Origin: Pseudomonas aeruginosa PAO1
GTDB lineage: Bacteria > Pseudomonadota > Gammaproteobacteria > Pseudomonadales > Pseudomonadaceae
Reading direction: 5' to 3' (one strand)
Length of the DNA: 64,000 nucleotides
NCBI RefSeq assembly: GCF_000006765.1
Contig: NC_002516.2
Shown: piece by piece, positions 60,317 to 64,000 of the stretch
Position numbering within the stretch: position 1 is the first letter of the stretch
How the letters are laid out: each line of letters starts with the position of its first letter
Translations under genes and position numbers: made by a program
The notes under the pieces: generated by a model
The model's database searches: none
What the model was told of the DNA's origin: nothing
The model's input: only the letters and a program-made list of their open reading frames with translations

Positions 60317-60375
60317 ATTTGCCCGGCGCACGGTATGAGCCGTTCGCCACGTTCGTCAGACAGAGGAGTCTGGAA

Positions 60376-61413
60376 ATGTCCCAATCCACGCAGGTCAACC
60401 GCCGCATCGTCCTCGCCTCGCGCCCCCACGGCGCCCCGACCCGGGATAACTTCCGCATCGAGCAGGTTCCGCTTCCTGAGCCCGGCGCGGGCCAGGTGCT
60501 GCTGCGCACCGTCTACCTGTCGCTCGATCCCTACATGCGCGGACGGATGAGCGACGCGCCGTCCTACGCGCCGCCGGTGGAACTCGGCGCGGTCATGGTC
60601 GGCGGCACGGTCAGCCGGGTGGAAGCCTCGAACCATCCCGGGTTCAAGGTCGGCGACTGGGTGCTCTCGGCCAACGGCTGGCAGGACTACGCGCTATCCG
60701 ACGGCAGCGGCCTGGCGCGCCTGGGCGAGTCGCCGGAGCATCCGTCCTACGCCCTGGGCCTGCTCGGCATGCCCGGCTTCACCGCCTACATGGGCCTGCT
60801 CGACATCGGCAAGCCCCAGGCCGGCGAGACCCTGGTGGTGGCCGCCGCCACCGGGCCGGTCGGCGCCACCGTCGGACAGATCGGCAAGCTCAAGGGCTGC
60901 CGAGTGGTCGGCGTCGCCGGCGGTGCGGAAAAATGCCGCCACGCCGTGCAGGTGCTCGGCTTCGATGCCTGCCTCGACCACCATGCCGCGGACTTCGCCG
61001 AACGACTGGCCGAGGCCTGCCCGGACGGCATCGACATCTATTACGAGAACGTCGGCGGCAAGGTCTTCGACGCTGTCTTCCCGCTGCTCAACGCCAAGGC
61101 CCGGATCCCGGTCTGCGGCATCGTCGCCCACTACAACGACACCGAGCTGCCACCCGGGCCGGACCGCTTGCCGGCGCTGATGGGCACGATCCTGCGCAAG
61201 CGCATCAAGGTGCAGGGCTTCATCATCTTCGACGACTACGGCCATCGCTACGATGAATTCCAGCGCGACATGTCGAAGTGGTTCGCCGACGGCCTCATCC
61301 AGTACCGCGAAGAGCGGGTCGACGGCCTGGAGAATGCCCCCGAGGCCTTCTTCGGCCTGCTCCAGGGACGCAATTTCGGCAAGCTGGTGGTGCGCGTCGG
61401 AGCCGACGCATGA
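60376..61413 (+). CDS. NADP-dependent oxidoreductase (CurA/PTGR family), 345 aa
   Basis: YLSLDPYMRGRM, GMPGFTAY, AATGPVG, YYENVGG, NFGKLVV. Confidence 0.93.
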   Translation: MSQSTQVNRRIVLASRPHGAPTRDNFRIEQVPLPEPGAGQVLLRTVYLSLDPYMRGRMSDAPSYAPPVELGAVMVGGTVSRVEASNHPGFKVGDWVLSANGWQDYALSDGSGLARLGESPEHPSYALGLLGMPGFTAYMGLLDIGKPQAGETLVVAAATGPVGATVGQIGKLKGCRVVGVAGGAEKCRHAVQVLGFDACLDHHAADFAERLAEACPDGIDIYYENVGGKVFDAVFPLLNAKARIPVCGIVAHYNDTELPPGPDRLPALMGTILRKRIKVQGFIIFDDYGHRYDEFQRDMSKWFADGLIQYREERVDGLENAPEAFFGLLQGRNFGKLVVRVGADA

Positions 61414-61754
61414 ACCAGGCGGTCCGTGTGGTAGCGCTGTTGCAGGCGCGCGAGGGCAGGGCGGCGGAGGTCGAGCGGCTGCTGCTGGCCTGCGTGCAGC
61501 CGTCGCGGGCCGAGGACGGCTGCCTGTCCTATGTCCTGCACCGGAGCCTCGACGAGGCCGGGCGCTTCGTCTTCGTCGAGCGCTGGGCCGACCGCGACGC
61601 CATCGAGCGGCACCGACGGATGCCGCACTACAGGGCGATGGCCGATGCCGTCGCCGATCTCCTGGCGGACCGCCAGGTGTTCCTCCTCGAGGAACTGCCA
61701 GCGGCCAGCCTGTCTCCGGTAGATCCGGAACCTACAAGACCCCACGAGGAGTGA
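61410..61754 (+). CDS. ABM/putative quinol monooxygenase
   Basis: SRAEDGCLSY, FVFVERW, H...PHY. Confidence 0.88.
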   Translation: MNQAVRVVALLQAREGRAAEVERLLLACVQPSRAEDGCLSYVLHRSLDEAGRFVFVERWADRDAIERHRRMPHYRAMADAVADLLADRQVFLLEELPAASLSPVDPEPTRPHEE

Positions 61755-61759
61755 AACGG

Positions 61760-62635
61760 ATGAAAGTCGGATTTCTGGGCCTGGGCGGCATGGGCGCCGC
61801 CATGGCCACCCGCCTGGTGCAGGCGGGGCTCGAAGTGACGGTGTGGAACCGTTCCGCGGCGGCCTGCGAGCCCCTGGTGGCGCTGGGCGCTGCCAGGGCG
61901 GAGGAGGTCGGCGAGCTGTTCGGCCTCGACGTGGTCATCAGCATGCTGGCGGACGACCAGGCGATTCGCGGCGTGCTGCTCGACAGCGGCGCGCTCGAAC
62001 GGGCGAGGCCGGGTCTCATCCACCTGAGCATGTCGACCCTGTCGCTCGATTGCGTCGAGGCGCTCGACCAGGCGCACCAGCGCCAGGGCCTCGCGTTCGT
62101 CGCCGCGCCGGTGTTCGGCCGCACCGACGTGGCGGAGGCCGGCAAGCTGAACATCGTCGTCGGCGGTCCGGAGGAAGCCATCGAGCAAGTCAAGGCGCTG
62201 CTGGAAATTATGGGACAGAAGACATGGTTTTTCGGAAAAGACCCGCGCGGGGCAATGGCGGTGAAGATCTCTGGTAACTTCATGATCGCCAGCGCCATCG
62301 AAAGCATGGGCGAAAGCGTCGCCCTGGTGAAGCGCCTGGGCGTCGAGCCCGGCCGGTTCATGGAGCTCATGTCCTCGACGCTTTTCGATGCGCCTGTCTA
62401 TCGCAACTACGGCCCGCAGATCGTCGAGCAGCGTTTCACCCCGGCCAGGTTCCGCCTGGTCCTCGGGTTGAAGGATGTCGATCTGGCGCTGTCCGCCGGC
62501 AAGCGCCACAACGTGCCGCTGCCGCTGGCCAGCCTGTTGCACGACGTGTTGCTCGAAGCCATCGCCCATGGCGACGGGGAATCGGACTGGACGGCGCTGG
62601 CGAAGGTAGCGTTGTCACGATCGGGACAAATCTGA
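61760..62635 (+). CDS. NAD(P)-dependent beta-hydroxyacid dehydrogenase family protein, 291 aa
   Basis: GFLGLGGMG, WNRS, APVFG, VKISGN, LGLKD. Confidence 0.9.
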   Translation: MKVGFLGLGGMGAAMATRLVQAGLEVTVWNRSAAACEPLVALGAARAEEVGELFGLDVVISMLADDQAIRGVLLDSGALERARPGLIHLSMSTLSLDCVEALDQAHQRQGLAFVAAPVFGRTDVAEAGKLNIVVGGPEEAIEQVKALLEIMGQKTWFFGKDPRGAMAVKISGNFMIASAIESMGESVALVKRLGVEPGRFMELMSSTLFDAPVYRNYGPQIVEQRFTPARFRLVLGLKDVDLALSAGKRHNVPLPLASLLHDVLLEAIAHGDGESDWTALAKVALSRSGQI

Positions 62636-62722
62636 AAAGGTTCTGCGCACGGCCCGGCAGGGCCCGTGAAGCTGTTCGGCAATCTGGCGTGCTTTCCATG
62701 GATTCATTAGGCGGAAGAAGGT

Positions 62723-64000
62723 ATGTCCGAGCGTGGAACGGCTGCAGAAGGCCGGATCAACTGGCGACGCATCCTGCCGATACTGCTCACCACCACCCTG
62801 GTGGGCGGTGTCTGTGGGATCTTCGTCATCAACGAACTGGATCGCCAGCACGACGGCGCGCACCTGCGCTCGTACACCGAGAGGGCGCTGGAGCGGGCAC
62901 TGGAGATTTCCTCCGCGGCGGACCAGATGCTCCGCGAGATGAACGCCGGCAGCGCGCCGGCCTGCAGCGACCGGGATCTGGAAATGCTGCGTTCCATCGT
63001 GCTCGAGTCGCGCTTCATGAGCGACGTTGGCAGGATCAGCGGCGACCGGGTCATGTGCACGGGCGTCCGGGGCCGGCTGCGCGCGCCCTGGGGATTGTCC
63101 GCGCCCGACCGGGTAGATGCCGCCGGCACCCGCTTCTGGTCGGAGGGCATGCCCCTGCCGTTGCAGGCGCTGCCCACCGGGCTGGTCAGTCGCGGCAACG
63201 CCGTCGTATTCATTGCCCCGCACGCCTATTTCGATGTCGACCACCCGGCCCCGGGCATCTCGGCGGCGGCCGTCAGCAGTGGCGGCGACTACATCTACCA
63301 CCGTTTCGCCTGGGACGACGATCAGCCCCTCGAGGCGCTCGGCCGGCCCGGCTGGCCGCGCTTCATCGGCGCCCGGCAGATAAGCCTGTGCGACCCGACG
63401 CAGGACATCTGCGTGGTCTCCCTTCTCCGCGAACGCGGCCTGCTTGGCACCGAGCCCGGACGCGCGGCCATGGCCGCGGCGATCGGCGGCGGGCTGTTGT
63501 TCGGCGTCATGCTGCTGCTCAGCTACCTGTTCGGCTTCCTCAACGACGAAAAACTGCCGGCCAGGCTGCTGCGCGCGTTGAAGCGCGAGGCCCTGGAGGT
63601 GCACTACCAGCCCATCGTGCGCCTGGCCAGCGGCCGCTGCGCCGGGGTCGAGGCCCTGGCGCGCTGGACCGATAGCAGCCTGGGGCGGGTTTCCCCGGAT
63701 GTCTTCATCGGCGCCCTGGAGGAGAGCGGCGACATCGAACTGCTGACCCGTTTCGTCTTCCGCCGCGCCCTGAAGCAGCTCGGGCCGTTGCTGAGGGAAC
63801 AGCGGAGCTTCTACGTCAGCGTCAACGTCACCGGCAAGGACATCGCCGACCCCGGTTTCATCGATTTCGCCATGCGCCAGATGGCCAGGGAAAGCGTGCG
63901 CCCGGAACAGGTCGCGCTGGAACTGACCGAGCGCACCACCGAGGCCCAGGGCTGCCTGCTGGCCGGGATGAACCGCCTGCGCGAACTCGGCCTGAAGATC
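62723..64000 (+). CDS. CSS-type periplasmic sensor + EAL c-di-GMP phosphodiesterase (3' truncated by window)
   Basis: Not in ORF track (no stop); MSERGTAAEGRINWRRILPILL TM, periplasmic Cys residues, second TM, then HYQPIV...GVEALARW, SVNV, ALELTE. Confidence 0.9.
   Translation, partial: MSERGTAAEGRINWRRILPILLTTTLVGGVCGIFVINELDRQHDGAHLRSYTERALERALEISSAADQMLREMNAGSAPACSDRDLEMLRSIVLESRFMSDVGRISGDRVMCTGVRGRLRAPWGLSAPDRVDAAGTRFWSEGMPLPLQALPTGLVSRGNAVVFIAPHAYFDVDHPAPGISAAAVSSGGDYIYHRFAWDDDQPLEALGRPGWPRFIGARQISLCDPTQDICVVSLLRERGLLGTEPGRAAMAAAIGGGLLFGVMLLLSYLFGFLNDEKLPARLLRALKREALEVHYQPIVRLASGRCAGVEALARWTDSSLGRVSPDVFIGALEESGDIELLTRFVFRRALKQLGPLLREQRSFYVSVNVTGKDIADPGFIDFAMRQMARESVRPEQVALELTERTTEAQGCLLAGMNRLRELGLKI

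Noticed and set aside
62689-63675. 328-aa ORF at the window end
   Set aside because: Wrong frame; the coding frame starts at ATG 62723 and runs off the window as the EAL protein.

Overview
High-GC Pseudomonas DNA whose gene content and order match my recollection of the P. aeruginosa PA2140-PA2200 region (recalled, not searched). About 56 kb is a general-stress/desiccation island: alpha-glucan and trehalose enzymes (glgP, glgE, treS-mak, glgB, glgX, treY, malQ, treZ, glgA), two catalases (katE, katN), Ku, cardiolipin synthase B, KGG-repeat and CBS proteins, ferritin-like and hemerythrin proteins, a PAS-PAS hybrid kinase and many small ORFs. It is followed by exoY with an ExsA-type promoter, hcnABC with lux, ANR and Rsm sites, a NemR-like TetR operon and the start of an EAL protein. 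I found no rRNA, tRNA, CRISPR array or intact mobile element. The best leads are: (1) a heme-oxygenase-like diiron enzyme + NPPY methyltransferase + YbdK gamma-glutamyl ligase trio that looks like a small biosynthetic cluster; (2) a small Thr/Ser- and Glu/Asp-rich peptide + ATP-grasp-like DUF3182 + alpha/beta hydrolase unit; (3) a GAAC-N18/19-TC promoter motif before many island genes; (4) a complete sigma54/IHF/tandem-palindrome enhancer; (5) two gene relics (cydB/cioB 3' end, GH13 alpha-glucosidase 5' end); (6) several small ORFs below the ORF-track cutoff. Family names come from motifs read by eye, and functional proposals are inference.
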